Assembly: GCA_947311645.1 (NCBI GenBank)
Contig: CAMZKZ010000002.1
Coordinates: forward strand, 1-46,798
DNA length: 46,798 nucleotides
Direction: 5' to 3'
Source: an uncultured Candidatus Altimarinota bacterium
GTDB lineage: Bacteria > Patescibacteriota > Gracilibacteria > CAIRYL01
Notes under the pieces: generated by a model
Databases searched by the model: none
Told to the model about the DNA's origin: nothing
What the model saw: only the letters and a program-made list of their open reading frames with translations
Shown here: positions 17,862 to 29,100 of the stretch, in pieces
Numbering within the stretch: the first letter of the stretch is position 1
Layout of the letters: each line of letters begins with the position of its first letter
Translations under genes and position numbers: made by a program

Positions 17862-19964
17862 ATGAAGCTTTTTTCAGATGATGGGGGAGAAATCGAAAGT
17901 GGTGAAAGAAAAAGAATACGGTTATTACAAAAAGAAATTAAAGAGTATCAAAAAGAGTATTATGAGAATAATATATCAAAAGTATCAGATGAAGTATTTG
18001 ATGCTCTCTTTTTAGAGCTTAAAACTTTGGAAAAACAATATCCTGAGTGTGTTGTATCAGATTCACCTACTCAAAAAATTTATACTCCACAACAAACGGT
18101 TATACAGAAAACAAAGCATATTGTTCCCATGATTTCATTGGGAAATGCATTTACAGATACCGACTTATTTGATTGGGAGGATCGTTTTGTAAAAATTTTA
18201 GAGAAAGAAGGGGTGGTGTTTTTAGATGAAGAAGCTCCGCGTTATATTGTAGAACCAAAGTTTGATGGACTTGGAATTTCATGTGTATATGAAAAAGGAA
18301 AATTTGTGCGTGCAGTAACACGAGGAGATGGAGAAGAAGGGGAAAATGTAACAGAAAATGTAAAAATGATTTCTGATTACAGTTCCTCTCTCTCTTCTTT
18401 GCAAGCTGTAGACAAATATGCAGACCTAGAAACCTTTGAATTGAGGGGGGAGATTGTTATGCGAAAATCCGTATTTTCTGCGGTGAATGCTCAGTTGGAA
18501 TTGGATAAAAAGAAAGTCTTTTCTACTCCACGAAATGCAGCAGCAGGAAGTTTACGCCAATTAAACCCTGAAATCACCAAAGAGAGAAATTTATCAATAT
18601 TTTTTTATGAAACTCCTCTTCCTTCGTCTCATTTGCATTTTGGTACATATGAAAAAACACTGAAATTCTTTGAGAAAGAAGGTATTTCTCATTCTAAAGA
18701 ATATTATGCATGTAACTCTCTTCAAGAAGTTTTATCTGCAATACAAACCATTTCTGATATGCGAGACGGGTTCGATTTTGATATTGATGGGGCGGTTGTG
18801 AAGGTAAATAGGTATGCATTACGAAATATTATTGGTGCAACAGGGCATCATCCAAGATGGGCTATCGCATGGAAATTTCCTGCAGTGCAGGTTACAACAA
18901 TTTTGGAAGCAGTAGAATGGCAGGTTGGAAGAACCGGTGTTTTAACTCCTGTTGCACATTTAAAAGATGTGATGATTGATGGGGTAAAAGTAAATCGTGC
19001 AACTCTTCATAATCTTGATTATATACAAGAAAAAGATTTATATATAGGGGATACTGTATTGCTTGAGCGTTCTGGTGATGTTATTCCAAAGATTTTAAAA
19101 AGTATTGCTTCTGATAAAAAAAATCCTATATCTCTTCCAGATGTTTGTCCTGTGTGTGGAAGTGTTACTATAAAAAATACTGATGAGGTTGCACTACGGT
19201 GTTCGAATGAAGATTGTCCGCAAGTATTAAAGGGGAAATTGGAGCATTTTGTAGGAAAAAAATGTTTAAATATAAAAGGGTTTGGTGCTGAAATATGTGA
19301 TGATATAGTAGAAAAAAAACTTATTACGCGATTTTCTGAATGTGCAAAAATATATTCTTTTTCTGTTTCGGAGTGGGAACAGATAAAGAATTTTAAGAAA
19401 AAATCTATTGATAATATGCTATTGGCACTTGAGAAGAGTAAAAAACAACCATTTTGGAGGCTTATTCATGGAATGGGGATTGCTGGAGTTGGAGAAAAAA
19501 CATCAAAAACGCTTGCAAAGTCTTACTCAAATTTTTTAGAATTTTCGCATATTTCAAATCGTTCACTCGAGAATTTGAAAAATATTGAAGATATAGGTGA
19601 AAAAATAGCACATGAAGTTATTACATTTGTGCAAAAAGAAGATCATCAGGAATTATTTCTTGCCTTGGAGTCTGTCTTTCATACAAGGAATTTTGAAAAT
19701 ACGGCAGAAAGTGATGCTGTGAAAGAAGGGTTTTTGTATGAAAAAAAAATAGTAATTACTGGAGGGTTTTCGCAGTTTACAAGAAATGAGTTGAAAGAAT
19801 TGGTAGAAAAAAATGGGGGGAGTTGTATGAGTAGTGTTTCAAAAAATACAGATATACTTTTGGCTGGAGAAAAAGCGGGAAGTAAAAAAGTAAAAGCTGA
19901 AGAGTTAGGTATTAAAATTGTAGATATTGATGCTTTTCTTCTGTTGATCGAAGCTGAAAAATAA
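17862..19964 (+). CDS. ligA: NAD-dependent DNA ligase
   Basis: Adenylation motif EPKFDGLGIS, zinc finger CPVCGS...CSNEDCP, HhH region, C-terminal BRCT domain (IVITGGF...). Confidence 0.95.
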   Translation: MKLFSDDGGEIESGERKRIRLLQKEIKEYQKEYYENNISKVSDEVFDALFLELKTLEKQYPECVVSDSPTQKIYTPQQTVIQKTKHIVPMISLGNAFTDTDLFDWEDRFVKILEKEGVVFLDEEAPRYIVEPKFDGLGISCVYEKGKFVRAVTRGDGEEGENVTENVKMISDYSSSLSSLQAVDKYADLETFELRGEIVMRKSVFSAVNAQLELDKKKVFSTPRNAAAGSLRQLNPEITKERNLSIFFYETPLPSSHLHFGTYEKTLKFFEKEGISHSKEYYACNSLQEVLSAIQTISDMRDGFDFDIDGAVVKVNRYALRNIIGATGHHPRWAIAWKFPAVQVTTILEAVEWQVGRTGVLTPVAHLKDVMIDGVKVNRATLHNLDYIQEKDLYIGDTVLLERSGDVIPKILKSIASDKKNPISLPDVCPVCGSVTIKNTDEVALRCSNEDCPQVLKGKLEHFVGKKCLNIKGFGAEICDDIVEKKLITRFSECAKIYSFSVSEWEQIKNFKKKSIDNMLLALEKSKKQPFWRLIHGMGIAGVGEKTSKTLAKSYSNFLEFSHISNRSLENLKNIEDIGEKIAHEVITFVQKEDHQELFLALESVFHTRNFENTAESDAVKEGFLYEKKIVITGGFSQFTRNELKELVEKNGGSCMSSVSKNTDILLAGEKAGSKKVKAEELGIKIVDIDAFLLLIEAEK

Positions 19965-19997
19965 AAAAAAGGGAATCTATTGTAGATTCCCTTTTTT
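19963..19997. terminator. bidirectional intrinsic terminator between ligA and gap
   Basis: Stem gggaatcta (19971-19979) pairs with tagattccc (19983-19991), with an A-run before and a T-run after. Confidence 0.8.
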
Positions 19998-20018
19998 AAT
20001 AATGATGGATATATTTTT

Positions 20019-21038
20019 TTATTTTAGCGTTTCAAGTCTTGAAAGAAAATCAATCATTCGTGCTACATATCCCCATTCGTTATCATACCAAAAAAGCATT
20101 TGGGCAGTTTTTCCATTTACTACTTTTGTAGAATCAGCATCTAAAATTGAAGATCGAGTGTCTGCAATAAAATCTGTAGATACAAGTGGTTCATATGAAA
20201 CTCCTAAAATTTCTGGAATTTCTTTCGATTTTTCTTCTATTACTGTGTTTAATTCTTCTGCGGTTACATCTTTAGAAAAATTAATAGTAAGGTCTGAAAT
20301 ACTAGAAGTTGCAAGTGGTACTCGGATAGCCATACCGTTTCCTTTTCCATCGAGTTCTTTTACAACTTTTCCAACAGCACCTGTTGCACCTGTTGTTGTT
20401 GGGATAAGATTTTGTACACCACTTCGTGCTTTTCTCATATCTTTTGCAGAGTTATCAAGAAGATTTTGAGAATCTGTATATGAATGAATGGTTGTAAGGA
20501 GAAAACTTTCAATTCCAATTGCATCATGTAATGCTTTTAATGGTGCAGCAATACAGTTTGTTGTACATGATGCGTTTGAAAGAATTGTCATATCTGCAGT
20601 AATTTCATCATCGTTTGCTCCGAATACATGCATTGCAGATCCATCTTTCATTGGTGCAGATACTAAAACTTTTTTAGCACCAAGGTCTATATGTTTTTGT
20701 GCAAAGTTTGCTTTTGTTGCCATTCCTGTTGCTTCAACTACAACATCAATATTAAGTTCTTTCCAAGGAAGATCGTCAATATTTCCAATATTTAAAGATT
20801 GTGTTGTAAATGTTTTTCCATTTTTTTTCACAATGATGTTTTTATCATCAGCAGAAATATCAAGAGGTGATGTTCTATAAATAGAGTCTCTTTTAAGAAG
20901 ATGTGCTCGTTCTGCAGGAGTGTTTCGTCGAGAATTTACTGCAACGATTTCTATTCCTTGAATATCGTTTTCGATTAATTGTCGGTGAAGCATTCGTCCG
21001 ATTCGACCGTATCCTTGAATTGCAACTCGTAAAGCCAT
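20019..21038 (-). CDS. gap: type I glyceraldehyde-3-phosphate dehydrogenase
   Basis: N-terminus VAIQGYGRIGR and catalytic motif SNASCTTNC. The start was moved to the ATG at 21038 (MALRVAIQGYG). The 28 codons upstream in the ORF track look non-coding. Confidence 0.9.
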   Translation of the reverse strand: MALRVAIQGYGRIGRMLHRQLIENDIQGIEIVAVNSRRNTPAERAHLLKRDSIYRTSPLDISADDKNIIVKKNGKTFTTQSLNIGNIDDLPWKELNIDVVVEATGMATKANFAQKHIDLGAKKVLVSAPMKDGSAMHVFGANDDEITADMTILSNASCTTNCIAAPLKALHDAIGIESFLLTTIHSYTDSQNLLDNSAKDMRKARSGVQNLIPTTTGATGAVGKVVKELDGKGNGMAIRVPLATSSISDLTINFSKDVTAEELNTVIEEKSKEIPEILGVSYEPLVSTDFIADTRSSILDADSTKVVNGKTAQMLFWYDNEWGYVARMIDFLSRLETLK

Positions 21039-21120
21039 GGGAGGTAAGGGGTAAAAATGTAAGAGAAAACTGCGGTAGTAGTATATCTGCAGTTTTGTGG
21101 TTATTATACTATATGTATAC

Positions 21121-21150
21121 AAAAAAAGATAGTCATTATAACTATCTTTT
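21121..21150 (-). terminator. intrinsic terminator after rpmB
   Basis: Stem aaaagatagt (21124-21133) pairs with actatctttt (21141-21150). On the minus strand it is followed by a 7-T run (the complement of 21121-21127). Confidence 0.7.
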
Positions 21151-21163
21151 AGAGTGGGTAAGA

Positions 21164-21433
21164 TTACGCAGCAGCTTGTCTTTTTTCTAATTTTCGTCGC
21201 ATTTTTTTCATTTCATGCTTAGAAGGTTCTTTGTACAATGTTCGAAGTGAGCTCATTGCAACTCGCATTTTAATTGTTTTTACAGCTTTTTTTCCGTTTT
21301 TATCAATATATTCAACTTCAACTTTTTTAACTTGAAGGTTTGGAAGCCATCGTCGGATAGTTCTTCTTTTCGAGTGAGAAACATTATGACCAGTTGTTGG
21401 TCGTTTCCCTGTAAGCATACATACTTTAGACAT
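21164..21433 (-). CDS. rpmB: 50S ribosomal protein L28
   Basis: [34 protein letters not shown] is the canonical L28 N-terminus. Confidence 0.9.
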   Translation of the reverse strand: MSKVCMLTGKRPTTGHNVSHSKRRTIRRWLPNLQVKKVEVEYIDKNGKKAVKTIKMRVAMSSLRTLYKEPSKHEMKKMRRKLEKRQAAA

Positions 21434-21466
21434 TCGTTCGTGTTTTAAATTATAAAAATCTATGGA

Positions 21467-21495
21467 ATTATTTCAAAAAAAACAGATATTGTCAA
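21467..21495 (-). promoter_or_regulatory. sigma-70-like promoter for rpmB
   Basis: On the minus strand: TTGACA (21490-21495), a 17-nt spacer, then AATAAT (21467-21472), about 35 nt upstream of the rpmB ATG. Confidence 0.45.
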
Positions 21496-21675
21496 ATAGA
21501 ATACAAGAAAACTATTATTTTTTTGAAATCGAACATTTAAGGTTATATTAGACCACTTTGTAAAAAAAATTGTTATTCCTTGATTTCCGCCGTTATTATC
21601 TCTTGTAATACTATTCGTTTGCGGTTGTTTTATAATTAGCGTACTATAATTTTTGTATACTTTGATATAAAAATT

Positions 21676-22677
21676 ATGAAAAAAATATTACTCCTTGGGG
21701 CTCAAGGAATGTTAGGATCGGAAATTTTTAATATTTCTCTTGATAGAGAAGATTTTGAAATTGTTCCATTTTCTCGATTTAATTTAGATCTCACAAAAGA
21801 AGAAGAAATTATTGAAAAACTTACTGCTGTTATAGCAGAAAAAAATATAGATGCAGTGGTAAATGCTTCAGCATATACGGTTGTGGATAAATGTGAAAGT
21901 GGTAAAGGAGAAGAGCTTTCTTTTGCAATTAATGCGGTAGCTCCACGGTATATAACACAAGCATGTTCAGAGCAAAATATTCCATTGTTTCACTTTTCAA
22001 CAGATTATGTATTTTCTGGAGATACAAATCAATCGTTTTGTGAAAATGATGATACAGAAAAATTTCCACCAATGAATAAATATGGAATGCATAAGCTTTT
22101 TGGGGAAAAAGAAGTGCTGCAATATGACAAAGGGTTTGTATTACGAACTTCATGGCTTGCGGGTCAATATGGGCAAAACTTTGTAAATAAAATGGTACAT
22201 TTAATGAAAAATGTTTCAGAAATAAAGATAGTGAAAAATGAATGGGGAAGTCCTTCGTTTACACATGATGTAGCAGAAAGTGTTATAAAAATTATGATTT
22301 CTGATACTCTTCCGAAAAATAAAATTCTTCACATTGTGAATGAGCGTTCTGGAGAGTATAAAGGAGGAGTTTCGCGACTTGCATTTGTTGAAGAAATTAA
22401 AGAGTATCTTGGGTTTGAAACTCGTATTACACCTGTAAAAACATTTGATACAGTAGCAAAAAGACCGATTTCAACAGCATTAAATAATACAATGGCTGAA
22501 AAGCTTCCTGATTGGAAAGATGGGTTACATGTATTTTTAGCAAAGGAAAAAGAAAAAATAGAAAAAAAAAGAGCAGTTGAAAAAAAGAAACAAAAAGCTG
22601 CAGAGATTTATCGTGCACAACAAGAAAAATTGCGAGCAGAACGAGCAGAAAATACAAAAGAAGAAACTGAGAAATAG
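21676..22677 (+). CDS. rfbD: dTDP-4-dehydrorhamnose reductase (RmlD-like) with a ~46-aa Lys/Glu-rich C-terminal extension
   Basis: Rossmann start KILLLGAQGMLG, STDYVFSG, catalytic YGMHK. The charged tail is LAKEKEKIEKKRAVEKKKQK... Confidence 0.8.
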   Translation: MKKILLLGAQGMLGSEIFNISLDREDFEIVPFSRFNLDLTKEEEIIEKLTAVIAEKNIDAVVNASAYTVVDKCESGKGEELSFAINAVAPRYITQACSEQNIPLFHFSTDYVFSGDTNQSFCENDDTEKFPPMNKYGMHKLFGEKEVLQYDKGFVLRTSWLAGQYGQNFVNKMVHLMKNVSEIKIVKNEWGSPSFTHDVAESVIKIMISDTLPKNKILHIVNERSGEYKGGVSRLAFVEEIKEYLGFETRITPVKTFDTVAKRPISTALNNTMAEKLPDWKDGLHVFLAKEKEKIEKKRAVEKKKQKAAEIYRAQQEKLRAERAENTKEETEK

Positions 22678-22735
22678 TACTATTTAGCGATTGTTATAGG
22701 CTATAAACACGATATAAATATTTATAATAAAACAA

Positions 22736-24082
22736 ATGAAATTTTTTTTTGGACTACTTGTAGGAATTGTAGGAGGAGGAGTGTTTTCTTATTTTGTTCC
22801 AATTGATTTTGAACAGGATATGGGAAATGAGTATGAATTATCTCAAGCCGAAAATTTTATTGAAGGAGAAAATACAAAAAATAATATTGAAACGAATGAA
22901 AGTCAATTTATTCGAATTGATGCAACTGTAGAACCAAAAAAAATTACTTCTTTTGATGCGTCAATTATAGAAAAAGTTTCAGATAAAAAATTTCAACAAG
23001 TGTATTCTTTGTTGAAAAGAAATTATTATCAGCCTGAAGATATTACAGATGAAAAGATTGAAGAGTGGTTGATTCGTGGGTTATTATATTCTGTTGAAGA
23101 TCCATATACGGATTATTTTAATGAAGAGCAAAGTGAGGAATTCAAAGAAGATATGAAAGGAGATTTTGAAGGGGTTGGAGCTGTTTTAGAAAAAAGAAAA
23201 AAGAGTTTATATGTAACAGAAGTTCTAAAAAAAAGACCTGCTGCAAAAGCAGGATTATTACCTGGTGATATTATTGTTGAGGTTGATGGAAAGTCTGTAC
23301 GAGATGAAACTATTTGGGATACAATATTGAGAATTCGTGGAGAAAAAGGAACAGATGTAACTCTTAAAATTGTGAGAGGAGGAGAGTCTAAAGATATTAC
23401 AATTACACGAGCAAATATCCATGTTGAAAATATTACATTTGAAATGTTGGGAGAAAATTCGAATATTGCATATTTTGATATTTCACAGTTTGGAGATACA
23501 TTAAATGATGAATTTGAGAAAGCGTACAAACAATTTCTACAGAATAAATCTGAGAAAAATATATCAGGAATAATATTAGATTTACGATATAATGGTGGTG
23601 GGTATTTAGATGGAGCGGTAAATTTAGCATCATATTTTTTAGAAACAAATGTTGTTATTTTACAAATTGAAACGAATAAAGGAATTGAAAGTGTATTACA
23701 ATCAAAGCAATTATCAGTTTTTTCTGGACTACAAAAAGATACTACTACGCCAATTGTTATTTTGGTGAATGGAGGAAGTGCGAGTTCTTCGGAAATTTTT
23801 ACCGCAGCATTGCAAGAGCATAAACGAGCAATTGTTGTTGGAGAAAAAACATTTGGAAAAGGGGTGGTGCAACAGCTCTTTCCTTTAGGAGGTGGAAGTG
23901 ATGAATTTATAAAAATTACTATCGCAAAATGGCTAACTCCAAATAAAAAAAATGTAACGCATGAAAATCCTATAGTTCCAGATGAAATAGTGGAATGGGA
24001 GAGATCTGAGCGTACAGATAAAGAGTTTGCATCAGGGTATGATCCACAGTTGGAACGAGCAATAGAGATACTTGAAAAATAG
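22736..24082 (+). CDS. ctpA: S41 carboxy-terminal processing protease with an N-terminal TM anchor and a PDZ domain
   Basis: PDZ region (PAAKAGLLPGDIIVEVDG), catalytic Ser region NGGSASSSEIF, and Lys region GEKTFGKGVVQ. Confidence 0.85.
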   Translation: MKFFFGLLVGIVGGGVFSYFVPIDFEQDMGNEYELSQAENFIEGENTKNNIETNESQFIRIDATVEPKKITSFDASIIEKVSDKKFQQVYSLLKRNYYQPEDITDEKIEEWLIRGLLYSVEDPYTDYFNEEQSEEFKEDMKGDFEGVGAVLEKRKKSLYVTEVLKKRPAAKAGLLPGDIIVEVDGKSVRDETIWDTILRIRGEKGTDVTLKIVRGGESKDITITRANIHVENITFEMLGENSNIAYFDISQFGDTLNDEFEKAYKQFLQNKSEKNISGIILDLRYNGGGYLDGAVNLASYFLETNVVILQIETNKGIESVLQSKQLSVFSGLQKDTTTPIVILVNGGSASSSEIFTAALQEHKRAIVVGEKTFGKGVVQQLFPLGGGSDEFIKITIAKWLTPNKKNVTHENPIVPDEIVEWERSERTDKEFASGYDPQLERAIEILEK

Positions 24083-24157
24083 AGAAAATATAATTAGAGT
24101 TGAGAGATAGTGTTATTAAAAGTATAATAGATTTATATATATTTTAGCCTAAAGTTT

Positions 24158-25909
24158 ATGTGTGGAGTTTTTGCAATTTCAAGTGCGGATATAAATAATG
24201 CAGGTGAAAAAGTGATTGAAGGGTTAAAAAAGTTGGAATATCGAGGATATGATTCTTGGGGTGTTGCAACTTCACATGAAATGAAAAAAGAAGTAGGAAA
24301 AATTTCATGTGCAACAGTGGTATTTAAAGAAGATTCAAAGGCAATTGGGCATTCGCGGTGGGCAACGCATGGGGGAGTAACATCAGAAAATTCACATCCT
24401 CATACATATAAAACGGTAACACTTGTGCATAATGGAATTTTTGAAAATTATCTTTCTGCAAAAAATCGCTTACTTCAAAAAGGAGAAAAATTTCTTTCGG
24501 ATACAGATTCTGAGGTTATTGCTCATTTAATTCAAGAACAGCTCGATTTATCACATACTCCTGAAACAGCAATTCAAAATGTTTCACAGTCCATAACAGG
24601 GAGATTTTCTATTGTTGTAATGATAGAAGGGGTTGAAGAGATTTTTGTTGCACGAAGAGGTTCTCCGTTAATTATAGGAAGGGGAAAGGGGGAACTTTCA
24701 AAAACAACTTTTATTGCATCAGATATTCCTGCTTTTCTTGAGTATACAAATGTAGTGAATTATATTGATGATGATGAAATGGCTATTATTTCAAATGAAT
24801 CGGTACAGTTTTATAACTTGCTTTCTGGCGAAGAAATAGAAAAACGAAATATTGAAGTTTCGTGGAAAGAGGAAGTTGCGGATAAAGGAGATTATAATCA
24901 TTTTATGATTAAAGAGATTTTTGATCAAAAGCAATCTCTTATGTCTGCTATAAATCATACAGAAGAAGAAATTCAAGAGTTTATATCGGTATTACAGTCT
25001 GGAAATGGAGTCTATATGGTTGCATGTGGAACAGCACATAAAGCATGTATTGCAGCAGAATATTATTTTTCACAAATAGCAGGGCGAAAAATAAATGTTG
25101 TGCCTGCGTCTGAAATGCCAGCATTTGAACGATTTATCAATAATAAGACAGTGTTATTTGCAGTATCGCAAAGTGGAGAAACGGCAGATATTTTAGAAGT
25201 ACTCGAATTTGGAAAAAAACGAGGAGCAAAAGTTATTTCTATTACAAATGTTGAAAGTTCGTCTATTGCACGAATTTCACAAAATCATTTGCCGTTGCGA
25301 GCAGGAAAAGAAAAAGCAGTAGCTTCAACAAAGGCAACAACTTCTCAAATGGCTCTTTTATTATTATTAGCATATGCGGATAATAATCGATTAAATGAGG
25401 GAAGGTTAGTCTTACAGAGCTTAGCATCAAGTGTAAATGATTTATTAAATCCTCGGTATGAAGAATATATTAAGTCGGTAGCAGAAACATTACATGATTG
25501 TCGTAATATTTTTATAATTGGAAGAAATTCATTGTTTCCAATGGCATTGGAGTCAGCAATTAAAATTATGGAGGTGTCATATATTCATGCACAGGGGTTC
25601 GCTGCAGGTGAAATGAAACATGGTCCAATTGCTTTAATAGAAAAGGGAACTCCATGTATTGTTTTAGGGTGTGATAGTGAAACAATTTCAAATGCTATGG
25701 AATTAAAATCGAGAGGTGCAAAAATTATTGGAGTATCGAATAAAAATAATATTTTATTTGATCAGTGGTTAAAAATTCCATCTGCAGGAACTGCAATTTC
25801 TATTGCTTCCTTGCTTCCAATACAAATTTTGTCATATTATTTAGCAACGCTTCGAGGGTTAAACCCAGATATGCCACGAAATTTAGCAAAAAGTGTAACG
25901 GTAAAATAA
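24158..25909 (+). CDS. glmS: glutamine--fructose-6-phosphate aminotransferase
   Basis: MCGVFAI N-terminal nucleophile, two SIS domains (SQSGETADIL), and the C-terminal AKSVTVK. Confidence 0.95.
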   Translation: MCGVFAISSADINNAGEKVIEGLKKLEYRGYDSWGVATSHEMKKEVGKISCATVVFKEDSKAIGHSRWATHGGVTSENSHPHTYKTVTLVHNGIFENYLSAKNRLLQKGEKFLSDTDSEVIAHLIQEQLDLSHTPETAIQNVSQSITGRFSIVVMIEGVEEIFVARRGSPLIIGRGKGELSKTTFIASDIPAFLEYTNVVNYIDDDEMAIISNESVQFYNLLSGEEIEKRNIEVSWKEEVADKGDYNHFMIKEIFDQKQSLMSAINHTEEEIQEFISVLQSGNGVYMVACGTAHKACIAAEYYFSQIAGRKINVVPASEMPAFERFINNKTVLFAVSQSGETADILEVLEFGKKRGAKVISITNVESSSIARISQNHLPLRAGKEKAVASTKATTSQMALLLLLAYADNNRLNEGRLVLQSLASSVNDLLNPRYEEYIKSVAETLHDCRNIFIIGRNSLFPMALESAIKIMEVSYIHAQGFAAGEMKHGPIALIEKGTPCIVLGCDSETISNAMELKSRGAKIIGVSNKNNILFDQWLKIPSAGTAISIASLLPIQILSYYLATLRGLNPDMPRNLAKSVTVK

Positions 25910-25933
25910 GCTATTTGTTTGAGTACTATACTG

Positions 25934-25969
25934 AAAAAAAAGAGAGTCAAGTTGATTTTCTTTTTTTTT
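25934..25969 (+). terminator. intrinsic terminator after glmS
   Basis: aaaagagagtcaa (25937-25949) pairs with ttgattttctttt (25952-25964), including two G-U pairs. It is followed by a long T-run and preceded by an A-run. Confidence 0.6.
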
Positions 25970-26137
25970 GATATAGTACTAGATTTTTATTGTATTTATG
26001 TGTATAATGATTTGATATTTAACATAAATACCATACAGCACACATATTTGTATTGTCGGCATAGTAGAGGAAATGCTCTTTTTGGTGAAACAAGGGTAGT
26101 ATTTGTGGAAGTTCGTCTTGCTGATGGAACAGAGGTT

Positions 26138-29100
26138 ATGAGAAATGCAAATGGGGCAGAGTGTAAATTGGAAAATCTACAGGAAATATCAGAACAAATG
26201 AAGAGGGGAACTGAAGAAAAGCTTGCATTGTTTGGAGAAAAGTCTAATTTGGTATGCTTGCAATCAGAGGTTGATCAATCATTTTCTGATATTCCTGCTT
26301 TTCCTGAAGATGATAGTATCGATAATACTGAAAATAAAGGGGGGAGTAAAAGCGTGTCAAATGTAGAAAAATTGTACAGAAGTGATGGAGGAAAAGAATT
26401 ATATGAAATTTTGCATAGATTTGGAGATGTGCGAACGAATAGTAATGCACGGTTATTTGTAAATATGTTATCTGATGATATTCAGAAAAATGCAAAAACT
26501 GGAATAACTATTGATAATTTACAAGATACATGGCTTGGGAATAACGATGAAAAAAGTGTAAAAAGAGGTGTTTTTAACGCAATTCATCCGAAAGGTAATA
26601 ACGGAGGAGGAAAGATTCAGAACTCAACATTTCTAGAATATAAAAAAGGAAAAGATTCAGTGCAAGCGTTTGTATCGAAGAAGACATTGTTTTTGCGAGA
26701 TTTTTCAGAAGAGTATACTGAAAAGAGGCAAAATTTAGCACAAATACAACAGCAGTTTTTTGCAACGCTTCCTTCTATTGAGAATGATGCAATATCAAAT
26801 TTGCAAAAGAAGGGATTATTTTCTGAAATTCCAAATTTATATACCTTTTTGCAGACAAAAATAACAAAACCACAAACTCCACAGTTATCAAATAATACAT
26901 CAACTTCAACTGAAGCAGAGGGAGTTTTTGAAGGCTTGAGTAGTGCTGTTATTGAAAAAGAGTTGAAAAAAATTAATATTCTCCAAAGAGATGGAGTGGT
27001 TCAGCATTCAGAAGAATTTCCAAGTGGATCAATACTTACAGATGGAGAAAAACAAATATTACAAGAGTATAAAAACATTTTAGAAGGAATGCGAAGCATA
27101 AATCTTCTGAAACAAAAGAAAAATATACTTGAAAAAGTTGATGTAGATAATAATGGAGGAGATGCTATTGATTTCGTGAATACAAAGATTTCAACCATAA
27201 TAAATAGAATTAAGGAACTCAAGCACAAAAAATTGATCGCAGAAAATGAGTATCCTGTTAATGACAATAAAATTGCATTATTAGAGCAAGATATTCGGTA
27301 TTTACAAGAAGAAAAAGACTTTTATAAAGATCTGCAGGATATGACTTCTTCATTAAACCCTATGGGGTCTCTATATGATGATATTTTTGAGCATGTGTGG
27401 CGTGATGGAAAAATTGTCGCAACAAAGGTGAAAAATATGAATGATACAATTTCTGATTTACATGAATATAGTGAATGGATTATGAAAACACTCTTTGAGG
27501 GGATTCCTACTCCATCAAATCCAGATGTTCGTGCAGTGCTTGTTTCAAGTGCATATCGTGGAAATTTTTCTCCACAACAATTGAATGAAGTGTTGTTAAA
27601 TATGTATCATGGGAAAAAAAATATTGCTGAGTTTTATGAACAAGTTGCAACAGTAATGTATGCATCAGACGATGGGCAAGCACAGGAAGACTTTTTAGCG
27701 TATATTTCGAGCCATACGGAATTTTCTGCAATATCTTTTAAACTTCATGAGGCATCGTTTTTTTGGAATGATACGCTTGCAGGAAATACTGCACATTTCG
27801 ACGAGTCGAACCCTCTTATTTTAAGAGAGGAAAATAGCCGTGAGGAATTTAAAAAAAATTGGGGCTTTAATATACGCTTAGCATATGCAGAGTATAAAAA
27901 ATTACGAGTGTATCCAGTAAAACCATCAGAGGATAATTTACAAAATTCTCTTAAAAAAAATAATCAGGTTTTAGATATATCATTGTGGATTACAAGAGAT
28001 AAAGAAACGCAAAAAAGTATGGTAAATGATTCGCCAGAAATGAAAAGTTATTTATCTCAATTATTGCAAAAAAGTTTACGAATATCTTCTGATGAAGAAA
28101 TAGGAGAGAAGATTGATTCTCTGGAAATTACAGATGAAAAAAAAGCAATATATAAAAAAATTATTGCGGGAGAGTGGCAAAAAGATGATGCAGAAGTGAT
28201 GGTATTTGTACAAACACTGAAATCAGAATTTACAGAAGAAGAAAAAATAGACCAGCGTTTTGCTCTTAAGAATAGTCGAGTTGCTGTAGAATCTGTAGTA
28301 AAAAGTTTTGATGATGATGGGAGTACAATAATGGAAAGTGTTTCGTATATATGGGATAGGGCAACAAGTTTAGATCCAACATATGTTGGAGTGGTTGGTC
28401 TCTTTGCATATTTAATGATGAAAGATAATTCTGGAGAAGAGAAGTCAGGATTATTAAGTTTGTTTAAAACAGTGGCATGGGGAGCAGGGGGTGCTGCTCT
28501 TATCAATTCTGTATCTGATGATATGTTTGATGTTGATCTTTTTGCAAAAGGAAAAGAATTGATTATGGGAGAGGATAAAAATATGCAATTTAGTCCGTCT
28601 GGAGTTGCATTGCTAGAGATGAAAAAAGTACCAGAAGAAAACGAAGATATGGATTCAAAAGAATTTAAAAGAGCGGGTGTTGCATTAAGTAATGGAAATG
28701 TAAAAGAAACACTTGATTGGTATACACATTGTCAAAAGTTGCAAGCTGATCCGAATCGATCTGTAAACGATACAATATATACACAGAAATTACCAAGTGG
28801 TATTAAGCATCTTATTTCTCATATTTATGCAGATGAAGGTTCTGTTGGGGCTGGGCATTCTAAAGAAGATGCAGCACATAAAGTCTTTACATTTTTAGAG
28901 TTGTATTTTAAGAGTGTTTCGTTGCAGTTACATCCAAATGCTGGGGATGGGGCAGGAAATGCGAATATGGGGTATACCTCTATTGCTGATGAATTTTATT
29001 ATCCTGATGAAAACGAGAATAAAACATATACAGAGGTTGGAACAGATATTCTGAAACAAGGGTATACAATGGGAGAGGTAATGCGGGCACGAGTTGCGAG

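Noticed and set aside
20002-20880. Antisense ORFs opposite gap (20002-20469, 20488-20880) and similar shadow ORFs (for example 16231-16482, 23113-23529, 28057-28506, 28928-29350, 36982-37350)
   Set aside because: They lie fully inside strongly supported genes on the other strand and have low-complexity, unrecognisable translations. They are typical shadow ORFs in AT-rich DNA.
21039-21122. 28-codon extension of the gap ORF, and similar extensions of recA (40715-40765) and gpmI (46604-46702)
   Set aside because: The extensions have non-coding, AT-rich or repeat character. The conserved N-termini ([31 protein letters not shown]) begin at internal ATGs.
24083-24157. Possible glmS ribozyme upstream of glmS
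   Set aside because: The spacer is only 75 nt and very AT-rich. That is too short for the ribozyme, and it lacks any obvious conserved core.
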